64,000 nt of DNA. Source: Candidatus Borrarchaeum weybense. Lineage in GTDB: Archaea > Asgardarchaeota > Sifarchaeia > Borrarchaeales > Borrarchaeaceae. Below the pieces are notes generated by a model. That model saw only the letters and a program-made list of their open reading frames with translations. It had not been told where the DNA came from and ran no database searches. Each line of letters opens with the position of its first letter. The stretch's first letter is position 1. Shown piece after piece: positions 31,448-42,370 of the stretch. The stretch spans positions 1,169,068 through 1,233,067 of the forward strand of contig JAHQJS010000004.1 in NCBI GenBank assembly GCA_019057385.1. The letters run 5' to 3'. The translations under genes and the position numbers were made by a program.

Positions 31448-32431
31448 TTAAAATAATTTTTTGGCAGCTGCGACTATTTTGTCTTTATTTGGAAGCATGA
31501 GTTTAATCAGAGGAGGAGCTACAGGTTCAGGGATTTGAAGAGTAGCGACACGCATTATGGGACCGTCTAGATAATCGAATGCATCTTCTGCGACGATTGC
31601 AGCAATTTCAGCAGCAACTCCGCATGCTAAATGATTATTATCCACAACTACCAACTTATTTGTCTTCTTAACGGAGTTTATAATGGTTTCTTTATCAAGT
31701 GGAACTAATGTACGCGGATCTATGACTTCAACGTTGATTCCTTCCTTATCTTCTAGTTGTTCGGCTGCTTCAAGTGCCTCACGCACTAAGTTACAGATTG
31801 CCACAATAGTCAGATCAGTTCCTTCCCTCTTGACATCAGCTTCACCAAAGGGGATCAGATACTCTTCTTCTGGCACTGGACCTTTAATTAAATAGAGTTT
31901 TGCTGTCTCAAAAAACATAACGGATGCCTTGTCTCTTATAGCCGTTTTTAATAATCCCTTAGCATCGTACGGAGTTGATGGTACAACAACTTTTAGTCCT
32001 GGAGTCTGTACAAACCACGGTATAAGAGTCTGAGCATGATCAGCTCCCGAACCGCGACCTTGTATAATTGCTGTTCTAATCGTCAAAGGTACGGTTAACT
32101 GTCCTCCAGTCATATAATGTAGTTTTGCCATATGATTTGTGATTTGGTTCATGGCACAGGGTAGAAAATCAGGATACATTATCTCTACAATCGGATTTAA
32201 CCCGGTTATCGCTGCCCCAATACCTGCTCCTACAAATCCATCTTCACTAATTGGGGTATCACGGACCCTTTCTGGGCCAAATTCATCCAATAGTCCTTTT
32301 GACACGCCATAAACGCCACCAAGAAATCCTACATCTTCACCCATAAGAATTACGGTCGTATCTCTCCTCATTTCTTCACGTATGGCTTCATTAAGTGCTT
32401 CAGCCATATTAATTTCTCTTTGTGTATTCAT
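31448..32431 (-). CDS. 2-oxoacid/acetoin dehydrogenase E1 beta
   Basis: MGEDVG, DTPISE, PSTPYDAKGLL, DPRTLVPLD. Confidence 0.93.
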   Translation of the reverse strand: MNTQREINMAEALNEAIREEMRRDTTVILMGEDVGFLGGVYGVSKGLLDEFGPERVRDTPISEDGFVGAGIGAAITGLNPIVEIMYPDFLPCAMNQITNHMAKLHYMTGGQLTVPLTIRTAIIQGRGSGADHAQTLIPWFVQTPGLKVVVPSTPYDAKGLLKTAIRDKASVMFFETAKLYLIKGPVPEEEYLIPFGEADVKREGTDLTIVAICNLVREALEAAEQLEDKEGINVEVIDPRTLVPLDKETIINSVKKTNKLVVVDNNHLACGVAAEIAAIVAEDAFDYLDGPIMRVATLQIPEPVAPPLIKLMLPNKDKIVAAAKKLF

Positions 32432-32444
32432 TTCCTTTCCCTCC

Positions 32445-33419
32445 CTAGAAAACGAATCTCTCTAATTCTTCTGGACCTGGAAATTCGCTGTCAATAGCAA
32501 ATTTTTCCGCCTCAGCAACTTCCGCCTCAACGTCTTTCTCAATGTTAGTAAGTTGCTCTTCGCTCGCGATAGTACATTCAAGAAGATACTTTCTATGCCG
32601 TGCTATTGGATCTCTTTTCTTCCATTCTTCAACTTCTTCTTTCGTTCTATATGCGGTTCCTGGATCACCATAATAATGACCGTGATGCCTGTAAGTTTTA
32701 GCTTCTATTAATGTGGGTCCCTCACCCTTTCGTGCCCGCTCAACTGCAGTACGTGCAGTTTTGTATACTTCTATTACATCGTTTCCGTCTATAGCAAAGC
32801 CTGGTATATTATAAGCTTTTGCTCGAACAGCTATGTCTTTTACAGATGTCGATCGATTAACGCTTACAGAAATCGCGTATAGATTATTTTCACAAACGAA
32901 AACTACTGGAAGTTTCCATATTGACGCAAGATTGAGACTTTCGTGAAAGCCGCCTGTATTAGCTGCCCCATCTCCAAAGAAACTTGCAATAACTTGATTT
33001 GTTTTTCTCAATGTAGCTGATAGCCCAGCACCAACTGCTAATGGCGCACCAGCACCAACTATGGATGATGAATATAACATTCCTTCAGAGGGCCACGATA
33101 AATGCATTGTCCCTCCTCTACCTCTACAGCATCCTGTTACCTTGCCTAAGATTTCAGCAGCTGTCACATTCATTGGTGCGCCTTTCGCAATAGTATGTGC
33201 ATGTGCCCGATGAGTGCTTGTTACTAAATCTTCTTTTATTAGATTTGCGCACACACCAACTGCTACAGCTTCTTGACCAGTAGAAAGGTGTAGTGTTCCA
33301 GGACATAACCCTCTAGCATAGAATTCGCCCATCTTATCATCAAAAAGTCTCACTCTTACCATTTCTCGATATAATTCAACCAATTTTTCATTGCTTATGG
33401 CTTCTTCTAATTCTATCAC
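32445..33419 (-). CDS. 2-oxoacid/acetoin dehydrogenase E1 alpha (TPP-binding)
   Basis: GQEA, STHR, GRGGTMH, GDGAAN...ENN, TYRHHGH. Confidence 0.93.
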   Translation of the reverse strand: MIELEEAISNEKLVELYREMVRVRLFDDKMGEFYARGLCPGTLHLSTGQEAVAVGVCANLIKEDLVTSTHRAHAHTIAKGAPMNVTAAEILGKVTGCCRGRGGTMHLSWPSEGMLYSSSIVGAGAPLAVGAGLSATLRKTNQVIASFFGDGAANTGGFHESLNLASIWKLPVVFVCENNLYAISVSVNRSTSVKDIAVRAKAYNIPGFAIDGNDVIEVYKTARTAVERARKGEGPTLIEAKTYRHHGHYYGDPGTAYRTKEEVEEWKKRDPIARHRKYLLECTIASEEQLTNIEKDVEAEVAEAEKFAIDSEFPGPEELERFVF

Positions 33420-33543
33420 CCTCCGACAGAAGTTTAATATACACTAAAAAATGTAATGATATAATAGTATGTAAATGGTTTATAAGAATTGATATTTTGG
33501 ATAAAAAAATGTAACTTACATGAATCTCCGGGAGGGAATCTGC

Positions 33544-34074
33544 ATGAGCGTGAAAGAAGTTCCTTTTAAAGAGGCTTCTGGCGAACTCAGCAGTACAATC
33601 CGTTACCAAGCCGCCGCTGGTAAACTCGGTAAAGTAATTATTGGTCGACTATTACCAGGCACTGATGTTATTGAAGGAATAGAGAAAATATGCAAAGATT
33701 ATAGTATTAAATCAGCCTTTGTAAGCCTATCAATAGGAAGTTTGCAAAAAGCAACATTTATGTTGGCAATGGCGAAAGAGGGTACCAAGTTAGGAATCGT
33801 TTATACAGAACCTATTGAAGTACCAGGACCTATTGAGTTTCTCAGTGGTCTTGGAGTAGTTTGTGAAGGAGGAACAGAAGGAGAATTGGAAACTCATTTT
33901 CATGCGACATTTAGTAACGAGAAAAAAGAAGTCTACGGCGGTCACCTTGTAAAAGGTAAAAACCCAACTCTAGCTACAATTGATCTTTCAATAATTGAAG
34001 TCCTGGGTGTTAGATTAGGTAGAAAATTTGATGAGGAAACTGGGTTCGTCCTTATTTCTCCAGAATCAATATAA
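33544..34074 (+). CDS. PPC/DUF296 domain protein
   Basis: RLLPGTD, IGSL, HFHATF, GGHL. Confidence 0.85.
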   Translation: MSVKEVPFKEASGELSSTIRYQAAAGKLGKVIIGRLLPGTDVIEGIEKICKDYSIKSAFVSLSIGSLQKATFMLAMAKEGTKLGIVYTEPIEVPGPIEFLSGLGVVCEGGTEGELETHFHATFSNEKKEVYGGHLVKGKNPTLATIDLSIIEVLGVRLGRKFDEETGFVLISPESI

Positions 34075-34105
34075 TGAAAATTATATCCGCTAGGTTGAAA
34101 AAGAA

Positions 34106-36400
34106 TTACAATAACCGAAGAAGTTCTTCCAGTATTAATAATGCGCCTTTTTTATCAAGAGGTTCATTGTTATTGCCACACTTAGGAGACATAATACATG
34201 CAGGACACCCATCCTCACATTCACAATCACTTATCATTTCATATGTAGTCTGCAAGAATCCTGTATCTAATAACTTATAGATTTTTTCAGCAATGCCAAT
34301 CCCAAATTCGTAACCGTCGTAAATGAAAATAGCAGCTTTCTTTTCATCTTCGTGATATGGACTAGAGACACCACCTATGTCCCATCTGTCGCATAACGCG
34401 TACATGGGTGCCATTGCAATCATGGCATGCTCACAAGCATGAATAGCCCCCTCAAAATCATACCCACTCTCGGCTACTTTCTGTTGAATCCATTCTGGAA
34501 GTGTGAAATAAACGGCAACTGTCTGAAACTTCAATGGAGGTAGATCAATAGGTCGCCTCCCGATTATGACATCATAACGCTTTATCACATAAGAATGATA
34601 GAATTCAGTGACTTCTACATCAGCAACTTTCAATTCGAAGCCTAAACTAATTTCCTTTTCTTCTGTGATTTTCAGTATTTGAATATCTGTTTCTTCTAAC
34701 GGATTTGTATGAAGTTCAACATCTTCTTTTCTAACCGACGCAATCATTTTTTCGAGATCAAGGTTCTCTACGACATAGGTTTCTCCCTGATGAAGTAAGA
34801 CTGCACCTTTATAGGCCTCTCTATAAGCCTTTGGTAAATCCATTGTTTCAAGCAATTTACCATTATAATGAACGTAAACCATCTTATTTGAGATATTGTT
34901 TATGTTAACTACCTCAGTAGCACGCATCTTACCTGAATAGACATATCCCCTCGGAGTCTGCGTGATCAATTTGTGACGTTGCAAAGCATCTAATGATTCT
35001 TCAAATTTCAAACCGAAATACTTGTCATCTTCTAATTTGGCAATTGGAAGTTCAGCGGAAGCGCACATTAAATGACCAAGCACAACATATGGATTTTTTA
35101 AATCAATTACAGCATGTTCTGGTGAACTTCCAAAAAATTTTTCTGGATGTTTCATAAAGTATTGATCAAGAGGGTTTGAAAACGGTACTAAAATTGCCAA
35201 TGAATCATCCATTCCTCTTCCTGACCGTCCGGCTTGTTGCCATGTTGAAATTATAGTTCCTGGATACCCAGAGATAATAACGGCATCAAGCGAACCAACG
35301 TCGATTCCAACTTCGAGAGCAGTTGTTGAAGTCACACCTAGTAATTCCTTATTTTTCAAGCGTTGCTCAATATCTCTTCTTTCCTCTGGAAGGTATCCTG
35401 CCCGATAAGGACTTATTCGATCTGCTAAGAACTCACTAGCTAGATCTTCAGATAGAGCCTCTCTTGTCCACCTTGCAATTAATTCAGCCATTTGACGGGA
35501 AATTGTAAAGCACAGAGTCTGGATACTGCTTTTAACACTTTCAGTAAGTAAAAACATAGTTTCTTGGTGAGTTGAGCGTCTTATGCATTTAGCCTCATCG
35601 CTATAGGGAGGATTCCAAAAAACAAAGAACTTTCTTCCTCGGGATGATCCGTCTTCTGAAATAACTACACATTTTTTCCCGGTAAGATTAAAAGCTTGTT
35701 CTTCAGGATTCGCTATAGTAGCGCTAGAGAGAATAAACTGTGGAGATGAGCCATAATAATCACATATCCGAAGAAGTCTTCGAAATAGGAAGGCGCAATT
35801 AGCACCGAAAACACCTCGATAAGTATGAGCCTCATCAATCACGATAAATTTCAATCCCTGAAAGAATTTCTTCCATTTTGAATGCCAAGGAAGATATTGA
35901 TGTATCGCATATGGATTGCTTAAGATCATCCTTGATTTTTGTCTAATATTGGGACGTGCATGGGATGGTGTATCACCATCGTAAACACTTGCTTTTGTTT
36001 CTATGCTAGTTTCACTTTCAAATTGTGATAAGATCATTAGTTGATCATTAGAAAGAGCTTTTGTTGGATACAAAAATAATGCTGTAGAATTGGCATTTTT
36101 CCAAAGTTCTTCAAAGATTGATAGAGTATATGCTAAGGTTTTTCCGCTAGCTGTTGGTGTCGTAATTATTATATTATTTCCTCTTCGAATTTCATTTATC
36201 GCTTCTGCTTGGTGAATGTAAAGTTGCATGCTTCTTTTGTTGAGAAAACTTTGAAGAGGCAAGCCGAGTGGAAAATCGAGTGATCCATACTTTGGTTCTT
36301 TTTTTGGAAGTGTTTCTGTATGTACAATTTGTCCTTCATAATCTGAGGTTTCCTTTAATCCTCTAAGAAATATCTCAATTGAACTCATCATAAATTTCAC
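34106..36400 (-). CDS. DEAH-box helicase with C-terminal DUF1998 (Hrq1/MrfA/SftH-like)
   Basis: TPTASGKT, DEAH, SAT, QQAGRSGR, CECEDGCPAC Zn motif. Confidence 0.92.
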   Translation of the reverse strand: MKFMMSSIEIFLRGLKETSDYEGQIVHTETLPKKEPKYGSLDFPLGLPLQSFLNKRSMQLYIHQAEAINEIRRGNNIIITTPTASGKTLAYTLSIFEELWKNANSTALFLYPTKALSNDQLMILSQFESETSIETKASVYDGDTPSHARPNIRQKSRMILSNPYAIHQYLPWHSKWKKFFQGLKFIVIDEAHTYRGVFGANCAFLFRRLLRICDYYGSSPQFILSSATIANPEEQAFNLTGKKCVVISEDGSSRGRKFFVFWNPPYSDEAKCIRRSTHQETMFLLTESVKSSIQTLCFTISRQMAELIARWTREALSEDLASEFLADRISPYRAGYLPEERRDIEQRLKNKELLGVTSTTALEVGIDVGSLDAVIISGYPGTIISTWQQAGRSGRGMDDSLAILVPFSNPLDQYFMKHPEKFFGSSPEHAVIDLKNPYVVLGHLMCASAELPIAKLEDDKYFGLKFEESLDALQRHKLITQTPRGYVYSGKMRATEVVNINNISNKMVYVHYNGKLLETMDLPKAYREAYKGAVLLHQGETYVVENLDLEKMIASVRKEDVELHTNPLEETDIQILKITEEKEISLGFELKVADVEVTEFYHSYVIKRYDVIIGRRPIDLPPLKFQTVAVYFTLPEWIQQKVAESGYDFEGAIHACEHAMIAMAPMYALCDRWDIGGVSSPYHEDEKKAAIFIYDGYEFGIGIAEKIYKLLDTGFLQTTYEMISDCECEDGCPACIMSPKCGNNNEPLDKKGALLILEELLRLL

Positions 36401-36746
36401 AATAAATTGTTTGAAGAATAATTCTTGATTTCATAAAAAAGTCTATTGATTTAAGGAACTATTTTTTTCCACAATTGTTTTCTATTTACTGTTTATTGTT
36501 ATTAAATTAACCATGGCTATAATATAGGCGCATTAAGAATGTCTCAAATCATATAAGGACAAAATCGCTTAATTTTCTCATCTTTCCTTTTTTTCTTATC
36601 ATTTTTTACTTATTTTTGATATTAGGGTCGTTCTTAAGATACATTCTGTCCGCTAGTTCTGCGAAATACTGTCTGCATAAAATGTAAAAATGAGTATTAC
36701 GTGTTTCTCTTAAAGATTTGCAGCCCTTGACAAAATTTAAAAATTA

Positions 36747-39700
36747 TTGCCTAATTGGGTGAAAAACAAGTTGAACGATCACGATAAAACAAAAGAGCAA
36801 CTTATCGAAGAATTAATAGAAATGCGTCAAATTGCTGCTAATTTGAAGACACTTGAAAATATGTATAAACAAACTGAAGAAAAACTTCGAGATTCGGAAG
36901 AGAAATATCATATAATGGTCGAGAATGCCAATGAACCTATCTTTGTAGCACAGGATGGGATAATTAAATTCGCAAATCAGAAGGCTATTGAAGTATTTGG
37001 GTATCAATTAGATGAATTGACTTCAAGACCTTTTGTGGATTTTATTCATCCAGATGATCGAGAGATTGTTATTGAACGTCATATAAAAAGACTCAAAGGT
37101 GCTGAAATTCCCCATGTCTACCCTTTCAGAATTATAAACAAAAACGGAAATGAAATATGGGCCGAAATCAACGTAGTTCTTATCAAATGGGAGGAAAGAC
37201 CTGCTACTTTATTTTCAATAAGAGACATAACCGAACGTAAACATACAGAGGAATTATTGAAAAAATCGGAAGAAAAATACGCAACTATCGTAGAACAGGG
37301 AAACGACGGGATCGCTATTGCTCAGTATGGGATGGTAAAATTTGTAAACAAAAAGTTGCTTGAGCTTTTTGGCTATTCGTTAGAAGAAACACTTGAAAAA
37401 CCATTTCTTGATTTTATTGCTCCAGAATATCGAAAAATAGTTATGGAACAATATAAAAATAGGCTCGCTGGAGAGAATTTTCAAACTAGATACGAATTAG
37501 CAATCAATACAAAAGATGGTAGGAAGATACCCGTTGAAATAAATGCCAGTTTGATTGAATATGAGGGGAGAACCGCAGATTTAGCGATAATACGAGACAT
37601 TAGCGAGCGTAAGCGGTCAGAAAAATCACTAAGAGAATCTGAAGAGAAATGCCGTAAGTTGATCGAGCATTCCCTATATGGAGTATTAATTATACAAGAC
37701 CAGGGTATCGTATTCGCTAATCCAGCATTCGCTAAGATTCTTGGCTATACAATGGAGGAATTGTTAGCTTTTTCGCCAGAAGAAATGAGGATGCTTGTAC
37801 ATTCAGAGGATCGAGCACTCGTTGAAGTGAGGATACGAGATCGCTTTATGGGGGAATCGGTGCCTCAACGCTACTCTTTTCGTATGATCAGGAAGGATGG
37901 CTCAACAAGGTGGCTAGAATCATCTACAAATCTTATCAATTATCTTGGAAGACCTGCTGTACAGGGTATTTTGGTAGATATTACCGAACGCAAACAGGCA
38001 GAAGAATTACTTAGAGACTCCGAGGAAAAATTCAGGCAGCTTGCAGAGCAGTCACCAAACATGATTTTCATTAATAAGAAGAGTAGGATAGTATACGCCA
38101 ATAAGAAATGTGAAGAAGTTTTGGGCTATACACGGGAGGAATTCTATTCACCTGGTTTTGATTTCCTTTGTTTGATTGCCCCAGACTATAGAAACTTGAT
38201 ACTTTCAAGGTTACATACACATATGGATGGCGATGAGATCGCGCCCTATGACTATGCTCTTGTCACCAAAGATGGTAAGAGAATTGAGGCAATAATCACT
38301 AGCAAATTAATAGAATATGATGGAGAGAGGGCGATCCTTGGGATAGTAACTGACATCACTGATCGAAAACGGACTGAGAAAGCGCTGGAGCAGCGGGTGC
38401 GAGAACTGGATCTGCTGGATAAGGCGCGCTCATCCCTAGCTAAAGGTCTAGATCTACCGAAGGTCATCCGTACCGTTGTTGAGGGCATTGTCGAGACGTT
38501 CGGCTATACTCTGGTCAGCCTCTACTTGCGTAAAGGTGATATATTGATACTTCAACATCAGATGGGTTACCACAAAGAAATCTCCGAAATTCCGATAACA
38601 AAGGGGGTCTCTGGCCGCGTTGTTCGTACCGCAGAACCTGTGTTACTCGAAGATGTTCGCACCGATCCCGAGTTCCTAGGGGCTATTGAAAATATCGCCT
38701 CTGAGATCTGCGTTCCGTTGTTCGACCAAAATGAGGTAGTGGGCACTTTAAACGTTGAGAGCAAAGCGGGTAAACACCTCACGGAAGCTGACTTGCGCCT
38801 TATGACAGCTCTGGGCGAATACGTTAGTGTTGCCATCGGAAAAGCCAGACTTTACGATGCAGCGCAACGGGAAATCGCCGAGCGCAAGAAAATAGAGAGT
38901 CAGTTAATTGAATCAGAAAAAAAATATCGTATGTTAATTGATCAGTCGCTCCAAGGTATTACAATTTTACAGGACGGCTTTATTAAGTTCGCTAATCCAG
39001 CATTCGCAGAGATCAGCGGATATACGATTGAGGAACTACTGAATTTTTCACCCGAAGACGCGAGGGCACTTGTGCACTCAGAGGATCGGGAAATTGTGCA
39101 AGAATGGATAAGAGATCGATTTATGGGCAAGCCAAGTTCTTTGCGTTACGATTTTCGAATAACCAGAAAAGATGGGTCGGTGAGCTGGCTGGACGCATCT
39201 GTTACTCTTATTGAATATCAAGGAAAACTCGCTAATCAGGTCACCTTTTTAGATATTACAAAGCGTAAACATGCTGAAGAAGAAATGAGGAAATATACTG
39301 AAAACTTGGAAAAACTCGTTGAAGAGAGGACATCGGAACTCATGGAGTCAGAGGCCCGTTATCGGGGGTTATATGAGTCCTCCATAGATGGCATCGCCTT
39401 CACAAATATGGAGCAAAAGATAGTGGACTGTAATCAGGCCTTCGCGGATATGCTCGGATACACTAAGGAGAAACTGTATCAATTAAGCCTATGGGACATC
39501 ACGCCCAGTAAGTGGATTGATATGAACAAAAAAATCTTTTCTAAAGAAGTGTTTGCGAAGGGTTATTCCGATGAGTACGTAAAAGAATACATCAAGAAGA
39601 ACGGAACAATCGTCCTAATCTCTGCAAGGTCATGGGTCATCAAGGATAAGGAGGGCACACCCACCGGATCATGGGGCATCGTTCGTGATATCACAGAACG

Positions 39701-40427
39701 GAAGAAAGTTGAACAAATGCAGTCACAATTCATCAATGTAGCTGCACACGAACTTCGAACTCCATTAAGCGCATTAAAAGCCCACGTAGATCTCCTTAAG
39801 ATAAAAATTAGTCGAGGTTTTTGGTCACTCCCTGGAGAAGTAAATGAGAAGATAGACATTATAGCACGGAATGCAGGCAGACTTGCTCTTCTTATCAATA
39901 ATCTTCTTGATTTTACTCGCCTTGAAGCCGGCACGATAAGAATGAATATTGAATTAAGCTCACTTGAAAATTTGGCAATTGAAATTGTAAAAGAAGTCAA
40001 TCCATTAGCTAAAAAGCATAAGCATGAGATTAAAATCATAACTCTAAAGTCATTGCCGTTGATTTATTTAGATAAAGACAAGATAAATGTGGTTTTTAAT
40101 AACTTGCTTTCTAACGCGATCAAATATACGCCTAAAGGTGGTAAAATTAACGTCTTGCTAACGGAACTAGATAACAATATCCATATCATGGTGAAAGATA
40201 ACGGTATAGGTATCGCGGAAGAAGATCTTGAAAGTATCTTTCTACCTTTTCACGTAGCTGATGTGAATACTACTAACAGACTTCAAATACAACCTGAGTT
40301 CGAACGAACAGGATTAGGACTGGCTATAACGAAAGAATACGTTAAAATGCATGGCGGCTCAATATGGGTGGAAAGTCAAGTCGGAGAGGGAAGTACTTTC
40401 CATGTGATCCTTCCCAAGAGAAGATAG
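36747..40427 (+). CDS. Soluble sensor histidine kinase: six PAS, one GAF, HisKA, HATPase
   Basis: Repeated DITERK linkers, GAF (SEICVPL), HELRTPL, NLLSNAIKY, DNGIGI, GLGL. Confidence 0.93.
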   Translation: MPNWVKNKLNDHDKTKEQLIEELIEMRQIAANLKTLENMYKQTEEKLRDSEEKYHIMVENANEPIFVAQDGIIKFANQKAIEVFGYQLDELTSRPFVDFIHPDDREIVIERHIKRLKGAEIPHVYPFRIINKNGNEIWAEINVVLIKWEERPATLFSIRDITERKHTEELLKKSEEKYATIVEQGNDGIAIAQYGMVKFVNKKLLELFGYSLEETLEKPFLDFIAPEYRKIVMEQYKNRLAGENFQTRYELAINTKDGRKIPVEINASLIEYEGRTADLAIIRDISERKRSEKSLRESEEKCRKLIEHSLYGVLIIQDQGIVFANPAFAKILGYTMEELLAFSPEEMRMLVHSEDRALVEVRIRDRFMGESVPQRYSFRMIRKDGSTRWLESSTNLINYLGRPAVQGILVDITERKQAEELLRDSEEKFRQLAEQSPNMIFINKKSRIVYANKKCEEVLGYTREEFYSPGFDFLCLIAPDYRNLILSRLHTHMDGDEIAPYDYALVTKDGKRIEAIITSKLIEYDGERAILGIVTDITDRKRTEKALEQRVRELDLLDKARSSLAKGLDLPKVIRTVVEGIVETFGYTLVSLYLRKGDILILQHQMGYHKEISEIPITKGVSGRVVRTAEPVLLEDVRTDPEFLGAIENIASEICVPLFDQNEVVGTLNVESKAGKHLTEADLRLMTALGEYVSVAIGKARLYDAAQREIAERKKIESQLIESEKKYRMLIDQSLQGITILQDGFIKFANPAFAEISGYTIEELLNFSPEDARALVHSEDREIVQEWIRDRFMGKPSSLRYDFRITRKDGSVSWLDASVTLIEYQGKLANQVTFLDITKRKHAEEEMRKYTENLEKLVEERTSELMESEARYRGLYESSIDGIAFTNMEQKIVDCNQAFADMLGYTKEKLYQLSLWDITPSKWIDMNKKIFSKEVFAKGYSDEYVKEYIKKNGTIVLISARSWVIKDKEGTPTGSWGIVRDITERKKVEQMQSQFINVAAHELRTPLSALKAHVDLLKIKISRGFWSLPGEVNEKIDIIARNAGRLALLINNLLDFTRLEAGTIRMNIELSSLENLAIEIVKEVNPLAKKHKHEIKIITLKSLPLIYLDKDKINVVFNNLLSNAIKYTPKGGKINVLLTELDNNIHIMVKDNGIGIAEEDLESIFLPFHVADVNTTNRLQIQPEFERTGLGLAITKEYVKMHGGSIWVESQVGEGSTFHVILPKRR

Positions 40428-40560
40428 AATTAGGATGAAGTATTAAATTTATAATAAACATTGAATTGCGTGAAAGTGTCCTTTCATGCAATTATATCCA
40501 CATTAGTTTTTTTAACTGTTCAAACATCACTAAAATAGCGAGTCGTATGAGGCTTCTGAA

Positions 40561-41052
40561 GTGAACACATTAGTCATAGCAACATGCGTTAAAGAGAAAC
40601 GAAAGGGAAGTCATAAAGCTAAAGATCTCTATATTTCGGATCTATTCAAAAAGATGAGAAAATATGTTGAAACGTATAATTATGACTGGAGAATTATTTC
40701 TGCAAAACATGGATTGATTAATCCAGAAAAAGTGATTGATTCCTATGAGGATGAATCACTAGATCAATTTAAATTACTTCAAGGAAAACAAACTGAAAAC
40801 TTAAGGGCAAAAAAAGAAACATTGAGAAATATAATTGACGAACAGTTGAGACCAGTTCTAACAAACTATGAGCGAATAATTTTAATGTGCGGAAAGCAGT
40901 ACAGAGACGTTATATTACCATTACTTGAGGAAAAAGAGGTTATAAACTATTTTAAGGGAACAAAAGGAATAGGTGAAATTAAGCAAAAACTCAGTAGTGA
41001 TATCGCCAAGAAAAAACAGCTCCCTCTCGATGAATATCTCACCGCCGCATAA
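40561..41052 (+). CDS. DUF6884-like protein (YaaA/DUF5591-related fold, seen near TGT/DpdA genes)
   Basis: C..K....AKDLY.S.LFKK, IISAKHGLI, GKQY, GIGE motifs. Confidence 0.7.
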   Translation: MNTLVIATCVKEKRKGSHKAKDLYISDLFKKMRKYVETYNYDWRIISAKHGLINPEKVIDSYEDESLDQFKLLQGKQTENLRAKKETLRNIIDEQLRPVLTNYERIILMCGKQYRDVILPLLEEKEVINYFKGTKGIGEIKQKLSSDIAKKKQLPLDEYLTAA

Positions 41053-41125
41053 GTTAAAAAGTTAAGAGGATAACAGTACACCATATTTTTCGTTTTTAAA
41101 AAATCTATGCGGAGTGGTGTTGTAA

Positions 41126-42343
41126 ATGAAATTCTATTTACCATTCTGGTGGCCTGATGGGATCAATACGCATTTTGACCCCTTCTTAGAAACCGTTCCG
41201 CATAAAGAAAAAGTTCGAATTTGGAATATCTATAATCCTCCACCCTTAGATGGTATCCTTGTTTCGAGAGTAAATGTAGAATCAAAACCTCCCGAAAATG
41301 ATGACATTCATACAGCTTTAGACTTCAAAGGATCCATAATGGGCGATTGTGGGGCGTTTTCCTATATCGACGAAGCAGAACCGCCCTACGATCCTATAGA
41401 CACTCTAGAATTTTATGAAAAATACGGATTTGATATTGGGGTGACCGTTGATCACCTCATTGTTCCTAAATACGATAATGAGAAAGAATATCGACAAGAA
41501 CTGACCATCAAAAACGCAAAAAAGATGTTTGATGTGTGGAAAAACAAAGAAACTAAATTAAAACTACTTGGTGTTGTCCAGGGATGGAATGCTAACTCTT
41601 ATGCAACTGCAGCTCTTGAACTCGCTGAATATGGTTTTGATTACATTGCACTAGGAGGTTTGGTACGCGAACCGACAGAAAACATAAAGAAAATCCTAGA
41701 GATGGTTCATGCCATACTTCAAACAAACTCTCAAGAAAAAGGCGTACAAACAAAAATTCATTTGTTTGGCATTGCACGAGAGTCACTTTTCGCTACGATG
41801 AAACATACAGGAATACACTCTTTCGATAGTGCAGGAAGTCTTCGAAATGCTTGGTTGAGCGCCAAAAAAAATTATTATTTGGATAATGTGCCCTATTGTG
41901 CCATTCGCATCCCCAGGCCAAAAGATCTACGAGGTAAAAAAAAGAAATTTGTAGAAGAGCACGAAATTTCGAAAGACCTTTTGGTTAAATTGGAAAAAAA
42001 AGCGTTGGCAAACATCCGAGCGTTTCAAAAGCAAGAAATTACTCTTGATGAAGTACTGACAGCATTAAAAGAATATACCTCTGTTTTCACCCCTCCTAAG
42101 CAAACAGATCAAATCATCAACGAGTATCAACGGACACTCAATGCTAGACCATGGGAGTTGTGTGACTGCTCACTTTGTAAAAAGATAGGGATTGACATAA
42201 TTTTCTTCAGAATGCACGAAAGGAATATGCGACGCGGGTTTCATAATGTCTACGACTTTTATAATCACTTCAAAAAGTGGGAACAAAACTATTTACCATC
42301 TAAGAAAAACGAAAAGGAAAACCAACAATTGAAGTTAGTTTAG
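41126..42343 (+). CDS. dpdA: DpdA-type guanine transglycosylase (7-deazaguanine insertion into DNA)
   Basis: DGILVS, MGDCGAFSY..E..PPY, VTVDHLI, GVVQGW, IALGGLV, IHLFG, SFDS, RPWELCDCSLC...RRGFHN. Confidence 0.82.
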   Translation: MKFYLPFWWPDGINTHFDPFLETVPHKEKVRIWNIYNPPPLDGILVSRVNVESKPPENDDIHTALDFKGSIMGDCGAFSYIDEAEPPYDPIDTLEFYEKYGFDIGVTVDHLIVPKYDNEKEYRQELTIKNAKKMFDVWKNKETKLKLLGVVQGWNANSYATAALELAEYGFDYIALGGLVREPTENIKKILEMVHAILQTNSQEKGVQTKIHLFGIARESLFATMKHTGIHSFDSAGSLRNAWLSAKKNYYLDNVPYCAIRIPRPKDLRGKKKKFVEEHEISKDLLVKLEKKALANIRAFQKQEITLDEVLTALKEYTSVFTPPKQTDQIINEYQRTLNARPWELCDCSLCKKIGIDIIFFRMHERNMRRGFHNVYDFYNHFKKWEQNYLPSKKNEKENQQLKLV

Positions 42344-42370
42344 ACTATTTGTAACAAGCACTAAATTCAA

